A DNA stretch of 64,000 nt from contig JBHGNT010000015.1 of the NCBI GenBank assembly GCA_043228905.1, forward strand, positions 12,648,001-12,712,000. The letters run 5' to 3'. The notes under the pieces were generated by a model. The model made no database searches, was not told the origin of the DNA, and saw nothing but the letters and a program-made list of their open reading frames with translations. The position numbers were made by a program, and so were the translations under genes. The stretch is from Azolla caroliniana. Its lineage: Eukaryota; Plantae; Polypodiophyta. Positions 25,739-38,493 of the stretch are shown here, piece by piece (the first letter of the stretch is position 1; the number at the start of each line of letters is the position of its first letter).

Positions 25739-26001
25739 ACGGTATTTTCTTCATAACTCTCAATTCTGACGTCTGTTTTTGACGTTCTATAGCTCGTTTG
25801 GAAGCTCTTCTAGAGGGCTTCCCAATTTGTGTTTGCACACTTAATTTGGTTACGTAGGTGGAACGATATAAGGATTTTTGTCTTCACGGGTAGGGCTACA
25901 AACCACTCATGACTATTGAGATACTTCCGGCTCAACTTCCCACTCTTCCCTTTCTTCTTCTTATTTTCACTCTCCTGGTTCAGAACCCCGGAGGTTCCGC
26001 C

Positions 26002-26876
26002 ACACCAACCGGTATTACCATTGGAGTTGTTTTAGAAATAGGGTCTCGACTTTGTCGGACCATTCAAGCCGGTGGCTGCAAGAATCAACAATCAGTACAT
26101 AATCGTTGCCACCGACTACTGTACAAAGTGGGTCGAAGCCAAAGCGCTTTGAGATAATACAACAACGTCAACAACAAAGTTTCTCTATGAAAACATATGG
26201 TGTTGATTTGGTTGCCCAATTGAACTAGTTAGTGATCAAGGTACTCATTTTATAAATAGAATTGTACATGAATGATCAAATTACTATGCAATCTGCATAA
26301 AAAGAGTACTATGTACTATCCTCAAGCCAATGGGTTGGCTAAATCAACTAACAAGACATTACAGATGATTTTGAGAAAAATAATTTTAATGTGAATAGAA
26401 TCGACTAGGATCAAAAGCTGCACAATGCCTTATGGGCATACCATACTACATACAAGACAACGATCAAATCGACCCCATTTCGAATGGCATTTGGCTTGGA
26501 AGTGGTCATGCCAATGGAATTTCAAGTTCTGATATTGCATGTGCAAATTACCAAACGACTTGATGAAGAGCGGTCAAAACGGGTTCAGAAGGAACAATCA
26601 TTATTGCTAAAAGAGAGTTGGATCCAAGCCATGTGTAAGCTAGAACAGAAGCAAAGAAGAACAAAAGCATTCCTGAACCGACACCGACAGATGAAGGAAA
26701 AAATGTTTGAAGTCAGTAAGCTAGTCTTACTATTCCAAACAAAGATGGGTTCAATGCCGGGTAAACTCCGATTCCGGTGGACTGGTCCTTTTTGGATTGT
26801 CGGCAGTAAGAATGGTACGTACCAAGTTGGTACATTAGCTAGGGAGATCATGCCAAAATGGATAAATGGATTCTAA
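26002..26876 (+). pseudogene. Outer Gypsy integrase core and GPF C-terminus (continues 11280-12064)
   Basis: HQPVLPLE...[47 protein letters not shown]. Confidence 0.9.
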
Positions 26877-27404
26877 ACACGTTCGCATTCACAAGTGGAA
26901 GGATAAGGAATATTCCATTTGATTTTGGGGTTTTTTTTGCCATTTCACAAAACACCTTGATACTGGTATCACATGTTCTCTAAAACTTGATGAACAAGTT
27001 GAAAATTTCAACATTTCGTAAAATTGAAAAATGTCAAATTTTGGTCAAATACGAAAAGTAACTTTGTGTATTTTTAAAGAAAAATGACAACTAATAAGTT
27101 TTTAGATCTTAATGAAATCAAAAGCAAAGGATTTCAAAACAATAAACGTTTTTATTTTATTTGATAAAATGTTGTCTAAATTTGTTACACATAGTTGCAC
27201 AACAAATACATTTGGGAGTTATTTGCATATATATCATCATTCTTTTCATGAGAATCACTTCTATAGATAATATACAATTGTGAATATTCCTCCTCATTTT
27301 CAAATGTACCAATCAAATCATTGTCTTCACCAAATGGTGTCTCCAAATTGTGTGCAGTAAATCTTCTTCACCTTCAATCTGAGATATCTTCTAGACTTGG
27401 TAAT

Positions 27405-28011
27405 ATCTCTCCTTTGGCGTTTTTGCATCTTTGATGTAGCTGAGCATCTGATCGTGCACACTGAATGCAAGACAATACAATACTCGGCTCGCTCCTTGCT
27501 CCCATGTTGGGAAGTCTTTGTGTGTCGGCTCCGGTGCTACCTCGTTGGTTCCTTCCACATAGCTCCAATAACCATGCCCCAGCAAGTACTGGTGCATTTT
27601 ATATGACCAGGACACATAGTTGCTCCGGTCCAGCTTCTTTGTTGGAAGTGAACTCGCCATACCTCTGTTCATACCTTTCTCTATCTGTTGTTACCGATTA
27701 TTAGGGTTTGTCTTCTAAAGTGTCTATCGACTGCAGAGGTTCTCAACCCTTGCGCTCTGATACCATGTCAAAGTAAACGTGTGGAAGCGTGTGACAAACC
27801 AGCTCGGTCGGATAGCAACTAAAGATTAAAGGAAAACTCAACACACATAGAAAGTACGCGTATGCAGGAGAGACACAGAGAGAGAGAGAGAGAGCAGAAC
27901 ATAAAACTCTATTCAAAATAATACTCTCAATATTCTGTGTACACAATGTGCTACAACAACACTTATTTATACAAGTCCTTAAGGGACTGACAGAAGTACA
28001 ACGTACTTCAA
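27405..28011 (-). mobile_element. Truncated Copia remnant B (partial LTR from 27766, PBS, gag start)
   Basis: PBS at 27754-27765; MASSLPTKKLDRSNYVSWSYKM. Confidence 0.85.
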
Positions 28012-28021
28012 TATTCGTACT

Positions 28022-29927
28022 TTAACCAAATATCTAGTATATAATCATGTATATACTTCCTCATTGTAGGTTTTAGCTAGAATCATGTGCATAATTTCTC
28101 CCTTGTATTATTAACACTTGGCACATGCATGCGTACCTACTACCTACATGCTCTATTGTATCACATGCATGCAACAGGTATGCATGCCACTTAGTATAAA
28201 TAGTTGAGTTCACGTTGAAGGAATTCAAGGTGAACAACGCCAGTCATGGACATATCAATCAATCTAGTATTCCCATTTCGCCCATCCTCTCTCCTTGATC
28301 TTCATCTCTATATTTATGCTCTTGTGTCATTCCCCGTCTTAAGTTCCTCATGTCATCGCTCCGTCATAGCCTCATCATCCGTGCTCCGTCTTAGTCCGCG
28401 CTTGATGTGTCCGTGACAGTTTGTTCACCTTCTAACTAGAAGCATCACCCGTCTCCGTCATCGCCTTTGCTTCTAGAGTTACCATCGTCACCGTACCATC
28501 ATCAACATCGCTTCATTTTCTACCTTCCTCGCCGTTTCTATCTCCTAGTTTCTTCTCATAATTTTCATTGGCTTTTAGTTCTCCTCATCATTGTCTCTAT
28601 TTTTTAGTTTCTTTCCCGTTCGTGTTCGTGTTCTAGTTCCCGGTGAGGGCCGCATGGTCGCTCACGCCTGTTCGTGTTCCAGTTCTCGGTGAGGGCCGCA
28701 TGATCGCTCACGCACATTCGTGTTCCAGTTCCCGGTGAGGGCCGCATGGTCGCTCACGCACGTTCGTGTTCCAGTTCCCGGTGAGGGCCACATGGTCACT
28801 CACACCCATTCGTGTTCTTGTGCCCGGTGAGGGCCGCATGGTCGCTCACTCCCGTTCGTGTTCCAGTCTCCGGTGAGGACCGCACATGGTCGCTCATGCC
28901 CATTGCGGCTCATGTTCCAGTTCTCGGTGAGGACCTCACATGGTCGCTCACGCCCGTTGGTGTTCGTGTTCCAACTCTCGGCAAGGACCAACATGGTCTC
29001 TCATGCCCGTTGGTGTTCGTGTTCCAGTCTCCAGTGAGGACCACACATCGTCGATTACTCTCGTTCGTGTTCCTGTTCCCGGTGAGGGCCACATGGTCGC
29101 TCACTCGTTTGTGTTCCATTTCTCGGTGAGGACATCATGGTTGCTCACGCCCGTTGGTGTTTGTGTTCCAACTCTCAGCGAGGACCGTTCCAGTTCCCGA
29201 CAAGGACCCCACATGGTCACTCATGCCCCTTGGTGTTCATGCTCCCCGTGAGGACCGCACATGGTCGCTCACACCCGTTGATATTTGTGTTGCAGTTCTA
29301 GGCGAGTACCACACATGGTCGCTCATGCCCATTGGTGTTAAATACCTCGTCTTGTGGAAGGGTTACTCCTTCCTTGTCTACGATTTACAAAATACTTTGG
29401 AGGTGATCTAAGATTTTCATCAACAATATCCCCTTAAGCCGACAAACGATTTGGGAAGGCATCGTTGGAGGGGGGATAATGTCAAGATTCGAACTCTTGA
29501 CATAACCATGTTATAATCGAGTGTTATGTGTTAACCACATATCTAGTATATAATCATGTATATACTTCCTCATTGTAGGTTTAAGCTAGAATCATGTACA
29601 TAATTTCTCCCTTGTATTATTAACACTTGGCACATGCATGCGTACCTACTACCTACATGCTCTATTGTATCACATGCATGCAACAGGTATGCATGCCACT
29701 TAGTATAAATAGTTGAGTTCACGTTGAAGGAATTCAAGGTGAACAACGCCAGTCATGGACATATCAATCAATCTAGTATTCCCATTTCGCCCATCCTCTC
29801 TCCTTGATCTTCATCTCTATATTTATGCTCTTGTGTCATTCCCCGTCTTAAGTTCCTCATGTCATCGCTCCGTCATAGCCTCATCATCCGTGCTCCGTCT
29901 TAGTCCGCGCTTGGTGTGTCCGTGACA
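28022..29927 (+). mobile_element. Non-coding TRIM-like LTR element (LTRs 28022-28418, left-truncated, and 29480-29927)
   Basis: About 390 bp of near-identical direct repeat ending CCGTGACA; PPT GGAGGGGGGA before TGTCAAG; no coding interior. Confidence 0.85.
28624..29337 (+). repeat. Tandem array of a 46-bp unit (about 14 copies, diverging rightward)
   Basis: Unit resembles GTTCGTGTTCCAGTTCCCGGTGAGGGCCGCATGGTCGCTCACGCAC; copies start at 28624, 28670, 28716, 28762. Confidence 0.9.
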
Positions 29928-32397
29928 CTACGTCTCAACTTACGCGAACTTCTCGCGTCGACGGGTTGTAGCACTTGTACGCCTTCTTCTCGGACGAGTA
30001 TCCTACAAGGATACATCTCTTCGACTTTGTGTCGGGCTTTTGTCGTTGTTTGTTCGGGATCCATGCATAGTGTGAGTAGTTGTCGATGAAGGTTACGTAG
30101 TATCGGCATTCGCCGATTGTCGGCGTTTGAGCCGGTCCCCATACATCCGAGTGTACGATGTCGAGGAGGCCTTTGCTCGCGTTGCTCTCCTTCAGGAATG
30201 GAAGTCGATGTTGTTTGCCGAGTTGACATGCTTCGCATACTTGGTCGATTCGTTTCGACTTGAATGTCGGAAGTCCGATGACGACTCCCTTTGTTTGCAT
30301 AGCTCGGAGCCGTTGGAGGTTGATGTGGCCGATTCTTTTGTGCCACAACTCGATGTTCGTCTTGTTTTTGAGACCTTTGGCGTACATTGCCGATTTCACC
30401 TCGTTCAAATCGAGGATTAACATTCGGCCTTCTCTCCGCCCCTTAGCTACGACTCGACCATCTTTCTCGATGAAGCATCCTTCTTTGTTGAAGCGGACTT
30501 GCATGCCTTGCTCCACAATTTGGCCGACTAAGACCAAATTCTTTGTTATTGTGGGCATGTGCAAGAAATTCTTGATGCAAGTTTGCTCGCCTTCTTTCCC
30601 GAATGGGACATTGCCGATGTGCCGAATGGGATGCGTGGTGTCGTCTCCCGTCTCTATGAAGCTGGGTCGATCCGGCGTTCGTAAATCACGAAACCACTCT
30701 TCGTGAGATGTCATGTGATGTGAGGCGCCAGAATCGACAAACCACACGTCTTCCGAGTTGGAGGTGCTTGCGGAGTTGGAGGCCGTCATAGAGTTCTCTC
30801 TATGCCTCATTACGAACATTCTGCCACAGTTGCCGTAATTGGAATTTGGGGCGTAATTTGTAAAAGTTTCACTATGATCGCCGTAGTTGGAATTCGACGC
30901 GTGATTCGTGAACATTCCGCTACGGTTGTCATGGTCGGAGTTCGATGTGTAGTTTGTGAATTGTTGGCTTGTTGACGCCGACTCGCTTCTTTTCTTCCGA
31001 CATTCCGCCTCATAGTGGCCGATTTTGCCGCAATAATTGCAAGTTGCGGGCCTTGTTTGTCGACCTTGTTCAGCTTGGAAGCTCCCCCTTCTTCCGAAGG
31101 GACCTCGATGGCTTCCTCTTCTACCGCCACGACCTCTTCCTCGACCACCGTCCGAATTCGAGAAGAACATTTGTCCTTCCGGTGCCTTGCTTTTGGTTCG
31201 AACGTGGTTTTCTTCGACCAATAACATTGATTGGAGGTCGAAGAACGAAGGAGGGTTTTCTCTCACCAAGATTGTCGTCCGTAGTGGATCAAATCGTTGT
31301 GCGAGGCTGCCCAAGTATAGTTGAATCATCTCGTCTTCGTCGACGTTTATGTTGATGGAGCCAAGCGAGTCGCAAATGCTCTTGATTTTGGCGGTGTAGT
31401 TCGACACAGACATGTCTTTTTGCCGAATGTTATTCAACTCGTGCCAGAGTTGAAGTTTGTGGGTGGTCGTGTTGGCGGCGAACATTTTCTTTAAGTTCTC
31501 CCACGCCTCTTTAGGCGTCTTGGTGTCTCGAATGTGGCTAAGCATGTGGTAGTGGACACATGTTGCCAAGCAATACATTACCCGACTCGCTCCTTGCTCC
31601 CACGTTGGGTAGTTGGCGTTTGTGTTGTCGGGCTTGTTCTAGAGTGCGTCGTTGATGTAGCTCCAATACCCTTGGCCGACGAGATATTGGGTCATCTTGT
31701 ACTCCCAAGATGAATAATTGCTCCGGTCTAGCTTTTCGCTAGGGATGGGGCTACCCATTTGTGTGTTCATGTTGTTTTGTGTCTTCCTTTTTGGCTCTTC
31801 TTTCTTCAATCACGTACCTTTGCTACGTAGCGGCACTACGGTAGCGGTTGGCCGGAATTTGTCGTCGGTGTTTTGAACACACAATCACGGAGTGTCGGGT
31901 GAGCTTAGTGGATATGCTAAACCACACGCTCTGATACCATGTTAAGAATTAGGTAATTAATTAAGGAATAATTATTACCTAATTATGTGATTAAGTTAAG
32001 CGATTACGTAGCGGAAAATTAAGTGATATGTGCGTGTATGTGTGCGTGAGAGGAAGAGAGAGAGAAGTACACTTATGAACACAAAAACAAGATGGGGGAT
32101 GATAAAGTATATTAAAAGGTAAATATCATCAACTATCATCAAATACAAAAATACCTTCAATGAGGTATATATAGGTTTCATGTGCAAGGGTGCACATGTG
32201 CTAGGAGAATATAGGTAAAACGTGTAAGTCCTATATTAAATGAGCATGGAGTGGTGGATCTACAATGTATCCCACTCAAGTACAAAATCCTATTTAAGGC
32301 TTTATGGTCAACACACTCACTAGATTCTATCTAGGTAACTACTAAGTTACATGTGTTGACTAACTAACTAAACTAAGTTGAGTTTGATCTCTCAACA
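29928..32397 (-). mobile_element. Truncated Copia remnant C (5' LTR 31940-32397; gag-PR and partial IN, 29935-31758)
   Basis: PBS at 31928-31939; MGSPIPSEKLDRSNY; CNYCGKIGHYEAEC; WFVDSGASHH; HKRIGH...CEAC. Confidence 0.9.
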
Positions 32398-35100
32398 AGC
32401 ACCTACGTGTAAAGATATGGTCAATAGTGGAGAAGGCTCATCTAAAGCCAACCTACGCATGTGCTCAAAGACTTAATGTTTCCATATAATCGTTGAGCTC
32501 TGCTTCCATTACTACACCATATAGTTTAGTGAGCGTATGACTTATCATAATGATCCTATATGTATTTGGGTCCATTAGGTCCCCTCCTTTATGTATAGGG
32601 GCCACTGTGTTGATGGTCCATTGTGGTGGAAAACCCTTAGCGAGGGCGCGGTTAAAGATTAGAGTGAGAAAGGGGGCTAGGCACTCTCGAGCATATATGA
32701 TATGCTCAGCTTGCAATCTTATGTGGTCCATGGATTTCATATGTTGTAATTTCTTTATGAGCTTCGTGACCCTAGAGGTCGTGAAAAGTGTCCTTATGGT
32801 AGGTCGAGGTGTGGAAGGCATTGGAATGGGTGGTTGGTTGGGGACATGGTAGAGTCTCTTTGTATATGTGTGCCAAATATTGGGATCCTCGATGGGTGTT
32901 TGTAGTCTCGGTTCCCGAGTCTCTTCCATGCAAGGGCGTAGTCCCTACTCATGAGCATGTGGTAGAGTTCCCAATATTGAGATGCTTCCCAAGCTTGTCT
33001 TTTACGACGTGTCATCTTGCGCATCTCTTTGCGAGCCTGTACTGAGGAAATAGTACCACTAAGTTGCGACACTTTTAAGTTGTCTATACAACTCTCTACG
33101 CTCCTCATCATACCACTTGTTCTGTGGCATAGACCCTATTCTACTATGATTGGAGTGTTTCGTGTATGGGAAGCTACTAATTGTTGTTGAGTGAAGGATG
33201 TGTTTGAGTTCTGTAGTGAGGTTCCCTAAAGGCAAGGAAGAATCAAAAGACGAGAGATGGGCTTGAACATGTCGGTAGTAGATGTCAGAGAGCTCATGCG
33301 TGAAATCTATTATGGTGTGATGGTTTGGTTGACTAGAGTTGGTGGCATTGGAGGTGTCGCATTTTAGCTCAAAATATAGGAAGTTATGGTCTACACCAAT
33401 AGGGCATGGGGCCACCCAGAAGGAGTTAACCATGTGGGTAGCTTCAGGGCGTCCTATTAGGTAATCAGCTATGCTTTCCCCTCCTCCATGTGGGAAACAT
33501 GTGAGCTCTTCCAAAGACTTCCCCTTGAGAAGAATATTGGATTATGATAAAGGTTCGTATGGAGAAGGCCCATGTGGCGCTCTGTCATAAACTATACTCG
33601 CCTCTCCAACCATATTATACCGAGATCCTTTCGGGGGGAAGTAACAAACGACGAAAAATATTGCATGATCCTTGCTAGTGAGGACTTTCACCCACATAAA
33701 ACGGGCTTTTGGGTCTGTATTTAGTATTTCTATCCTATTATGTATCTATCTCCAAAATAGTATTGCAACCCCTCCAGACCCTCTAGTAGTATGTTGACGT
33801 GAGGTTTGTCTAAAGACAAATTCCCAACGAAAACCGTCAATTCGTGGCAGTCCTCAATTTGGACTTTGATGTGTTTCGACTAAGAAAAGTATGTCATATA
33901 CCTTCAAAATATTATCTAAACCGCCAGGGTGTGTCCAAAGTGCATAATTACAGCTCCATATAAGTCATCCTAATTTTATTGTCTGTCACATGGGCCACAC
34001 ACTGTCAATTGGCGGCGTGATAATTTATTATCACACGTCCATCTCGGTAAAAAGCACGATGGCCTTCTTTACGAGCTTGTATGACTCGCGACATACAGGT
34101 TTTACGATGCTCAATTTGCATCTTGGTGAGGTCTTCATCGAGGTAGATAGGGTTCCCGCCCAATCCTCGAAGAATTGGTCTCTTTTTAAAAAATGTGATT
34201 CTAGATTTTAAGTCCTTAAACAAAAGGACTAAAGCTATCTTCCTAGTAGTGTCACGTCCTACCCTCCAAGTTTTAGTGATTGGTAGGGCTTCTGTGTACC
34301 CTAACATTTTCCTTAGTGTTTGTGCATCTTCGTCGGGAGATGCCCCTTCATTGAGCCCAGTGACTTGTACATTTAGGCGTTGAGCTTGACACATTTTTTC
34401 CTCCTCAAGGGTAGTGTTTACAATATTTTCATCCTTTAGTTCCTTTTTAATACTACGTTTTACTACATCAACCCAACCGGTTTTCGCTAATTCCATGTCG
34501 CTTTTAACATCTTCCTTAACCTTTTTAATCTCGTCCTTAATATCCTCTAGGGAATATATTTCACCATCTTCCCTAGATGTCTCGAGGTCCTTAACTTGTT
34601 TCTGAAGGTTAATGTAGTCTACTTTAAGTTTCACAATTTCAGCAATAAACACTTTTCTTTCTTCGTTAGCTTTTTGTTTTTCAGATTCAATCTCTTTTGG
34701 TCATTTTTCTATTTTAACTAAACGGTTAAGGACATCTAAAAATTCTTCCTCACTTACAGTTTCTTCGTGTGTTTCCTTATGGTTTCGTTTTAGAAGTCAT
34801 GTTGTAATTCAAAAGATAAAAGAAAGAGAAACGCGAGAAGGACAGAAAAACTTAGCGGAGCATCGGTGCCTTGCGCGTTAGGTACAAGTGCACGAGCACA
34901 TTTATGCTCTCGCGCTTACTCAATTGATGACATCAGAAGCGTAGGTGACAGCAACGACGACTCATGACGATGACGACAGCGGCATCAACACAGTTAGCAG
35001 GAGTCACACGACGGTGGCAGCAACAACGACAACAGACGACGACGGTTATGATGGCAACATCAGGTGATGACGACGACGACAGACGGCAGGACAATAGATG
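32398..35100 (-). mobile_element. Decayed LINE (ORF1 about 34005-34800; ORF2 endonuclease and RT start), 3' part lost at Copia C
   Basis: ORF1 coiled coil plus RLNVQVTGL...IYLDEDLT; EN GGGESIADYLIG...VDHN; RT APIHKGGDLMDPNTYRIIM. Confidence 0.85.
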
Positions 35101-35131
35101 AGAGAGAGAGAGAGAGAGAGCATGCCCAGAT

Positions 35132-35200
35132 GGATGTAGCTCAGTTGGTAAGGTTGCCCAATGGAGACCAGGTGGTCATGGGTTCAACCCCTACATTCCA
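35132..35200 (+). other. tRNA-derived (SINE-head-like) sequence with Pol III A/B boxes
   Basis: TAGCTCAGTTGG A box and GGTTCAACCC B box; the anticodon arm does not fold canonically. Confidence 0.6.
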
Positions 35201-35254
35201 CAGTCACATCTAGTGAAATAGAGATATATATGAAGTATATAATAGAGAGGTGAG

Positions 35255-35316
35255 GAAATTGGGTTTCGAACCCAAGACACAATGCTTGTAGTGTTATCGA
35301 CTTACCACTAGGGTAA
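35255..35316 (-). other. Second, convergent tRNA-like A/B-box sequence
   Basis: Minus strand reads TACCCTAGTGG...GGGTTCGAAACCC. Confidence 0.45.
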
Positions 35317-38300
35317 GGTAATTACGAGAAAAAAAAGAAGAAGAAGAGAGAGAGCATATATCATTTATAAGAACTAAGAGGAATTTCAAAGAAAAAGAAA
35401 AGAGGATAAAAAAGAAGACAAAAAAGAGAATGTAAAATTAATTAAATTCACACGCCTTTCTCCTCTTCATTTCATTCCTTCCTTCTTCTTCTTCTTCTTC
35501 TTTCGTCTTCTATTGTTTTTCGAGAGAGAAGCAGCAGCAGCGCAGGGAAGGGAAGAGAGACAGAGAAAGCAGAAGACGGACTGTTGCGGAGAAAGCAGAG
35601 AATAGAAAGCACGCGCACATAACATATCTCCCCTCCATCCAACACAGAGAAAGCCTTCTTCTTCTTCCCCTCCTTCCTGCTTCCTTTTCCACTGTTGCAG
35701 GGAAGACTCAGAGAAATATAATAGAAGCTTCAGGAATAAAAGAAAAGAAAAGAAATAAAAGAAAAGAACAGGTACCCCCTTCCGCGCCATTCTTTTCTTT
35801 GTCTTTAGAACGTTTTTCCTTCTTTTCCTTTTCTCCCTACCACTCGCGGCTCGCATTTCCTTTGTGGGAGAAAGAAAAAAATTTAAATGATTGTTTGTTC
35901 TTCTCTGTTTCTGTCTCTTGCTGCACTGTTTCCGCGTCAGAAAGGGCTGTTTTTTTTTTCTTTTCAGGTTAGGTTTTTGAACTCCTCTTTAGATTAAAGT
36001 TCGATATGACATATGAGATATGGAGATGTTTTGGTGCTTTTCCGGAATAGATCCGATTGTTTCCTGAACTATGTTAGATCTGCTCCTCTGATCTCACGTG
36101 ATAAGCTTGATTTACAATGTATGAAGCATTACATTGCATTGTATCTGGGGGTTTTCGAGATTTTGTATATTAGAAAGACCCAAAACTTATGTGATGCCTT
36201 ACCTTGATTGTTTCTTGTAAGGGTAGATGCTTGATAATAAGTGCTGTTCTCAGAACTTCTCTCTGCTCAAAAGCTTTAACATTTTTTGTTAAGCGATAGT
36301 TGCTGACAGGATAGTTTCTAGAGCACATATGCATGCTAATGGACAGAGATTTGTTTATAGATTTGTTAGGCATGCGTTCTGATGCCAATAACACTAGAAT
36401 GGACTATTAGGTGTCTTTGTTGTTGTGACCAAAACAAACTTTGAATATCAAAGTGGAAATGATAGCAACATAATGCGAGGATAATGGACGTTCTTAGCTG
36501 AAATCACTATATGCACTAGCAAAGGTAAGTCTAGAAATCTATCAATGTATACACAAGACAGCATACAGGGCATTGTTTACATTTTGTAGTGCTGTTTCTG
36601 ATCAGAAGAAACTGGAGTGGACTAATAGGAGTCTAGTCTTTCCAACTTGTCAATTGTGATCAAGATGACATCTGTTACCTCTCTCAAGATTCAAAAGAAT
36701 ACATGTTGAAATGATATAGACTGCAAGAGAATGTATGAATTCATAAGCAGGTTTATGAATGAAATGGATTCACTATATGCATCCACAAAGTTGAGGCAAA
36801 AAGCCTTTGAGTGTCTCACCTTCATTGGGAAATCTTGACTCTATGCATCGAAATATTTGAGCTTGCATGAATTACAAGTTAAATGCGGCGTCCTATTGTT
36901 TCCTAGGAAGTGAAACAAGAAATGATGCGTAAAAGATGCTCTCAGACATTGCTGTGTCATAAAGATTCTTGGAATTTCAATGGCACTGTGATATTCTGGG
37001 AATTTCCAAAAAGTAGTTATTATTTTGATAAATAGTAGAAAATGTATGAAGAAATATCTATGTTCCCTGCCCTGCTACTTTATCTTTGGTTGCAGGGATG
37101 CAAGGAAACCTTTCAAAATCTTAATCAAGGTTGCTATTTATGCAATTAACCCACATGCATTCTTAAACCAGGACTGCAGGCAGCGGACACTCAATCAAAA
37201 ACATGTGTTTCCAAGATTTAAATTGAGATTATGTTGCAGCATTCATTGCATCTAAATTATGCAAAGAGATTTTCTCCTCATAGTGGCCATGGAGTTACTC
37301 ACTGTTAGTGCTTTAATTTCTCTCTGAATATCACTCCTCCATGTTAATGATTTTGTACATTTATTTCGTCAAAAAGGATATTAATATTACTAGCATCTTA
37401 AAGGAAACTCTATGATGAGTTGTTTCTTAAAAATGATTGAAAGAATATTTATAAAAATTGAGTTCATTTGATTTAAGTAATGTATAACATTGAAACAAAT
37501 CTTGAATTGTTTACATTGTTTTTGTAACTTGAAGGTGATTGAATTGTGCAACAATTGATATTAAATCTTGAATTGTCTACATGGACAAGCCAAACATAAA
37601 CTTCTTTATAACTTAGAAACAGATTGAACTATGTAAAGATTAAGATTAAATCTTGAATTGCTAGATGAAGGATGCTTCGGCTGCCCACTGAAACATCTAG
37701 GTTATATAATAAAGTAAATATATTATTTGAGTAGAATCAATGGAAACATAATTTAGAAGGTAAGGTTGATTCTATACCAGCACAGTAAAAAGAAGGTTGC
37801 ATCTGTAGTTAGAGTTAGGGCTATGACTGGGGAGAAGCTTAGGGGATATTCTAAGCATAGGAGCTGATAGTGATGGCTTACGTTATACAATAGAGGAGGA
37901 AGAACTAGTGAGGAATAAAGAAAAGGCATTTCCACTTCCATCCCACATTCCCTTCATGTTAAACATTAAAAGACATAATGATATGGCATATTGGCTGGCT
38001 ATTATTTTCCTGAAGTTATGGCACGATAAACAAATATTAATTTACATCCTTATTGAAGATTTGGTGCCCCCCTGCACACTGGAACGCCTGAGGTATTTGA
38101 GCCATTCCAAGTGCTGAAACTTGTTTCACGGTGACCGATGCTCAGAGAAGATTGTGATTATTGAAATGGTTCACTTGTCCTCATAGTGTCCTAGGAGTTA
38201 TGAACTCTATGGTTATTTACTCTTGGTTGTTTAGGTCCCCTCACAGTATTGTTTACCCACCTTGCAATTGTTTGCTCTTACTTAACCTCCAAAGATCTTG

Positions 38301-38493
38301 ATGGGTCGATTTTAAGTTTCATAAATTTAAACTCATTTAATTTTGAATCTGGGAGGGGGAGGGAGGGAGGGAGAGAGAAACTCTAATGCATTGGATGATT
38401 TTCATCTAAATATTTTGTGTGTTTAGGTAGCAATATGAATATTCGAATGTGAATAGAGTGTTGTACTCTGCATCATATTGCAGACGTGGAGCA

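Larger units (their letters stand above)
12065..26001 (+). mobile_element. Middle Gypsy-like LTR element with tRNA-Trp PBS; 5' LTR 12065-13298, 3' LTR 23685-26001 (right end clipped); hosts five insertions
   Basis: Both LTRs start TGTCGTAAAGGGATA and are colinear. The 5' LTR ends ACGACA; PPT AGGAGGGAG precedes 23685; reconstructed PBS is TGGTGAACCCGACGTGA. Confidence 0.9.

Noticed and set aside
28624-29337. CRISPR-like array
   Set aside because: Units are contiguous tandem repeats with no unique spacers, there are no cas genes, and the context is a eukaryotic LTR element.
35132-35200. Functional tRNA gene
   Set aside because: A and B boxes are present, but the acceptor and anticodon stems do not form a canonical cloverleaf.
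35460-38483. Exact ACER 5' UTR exon and intron
   Set aside because: A UTR-like region, a candidate donor (about 35771) and an acceptor (38483) exist, but the boundaries cannot be fixed without transcripts.
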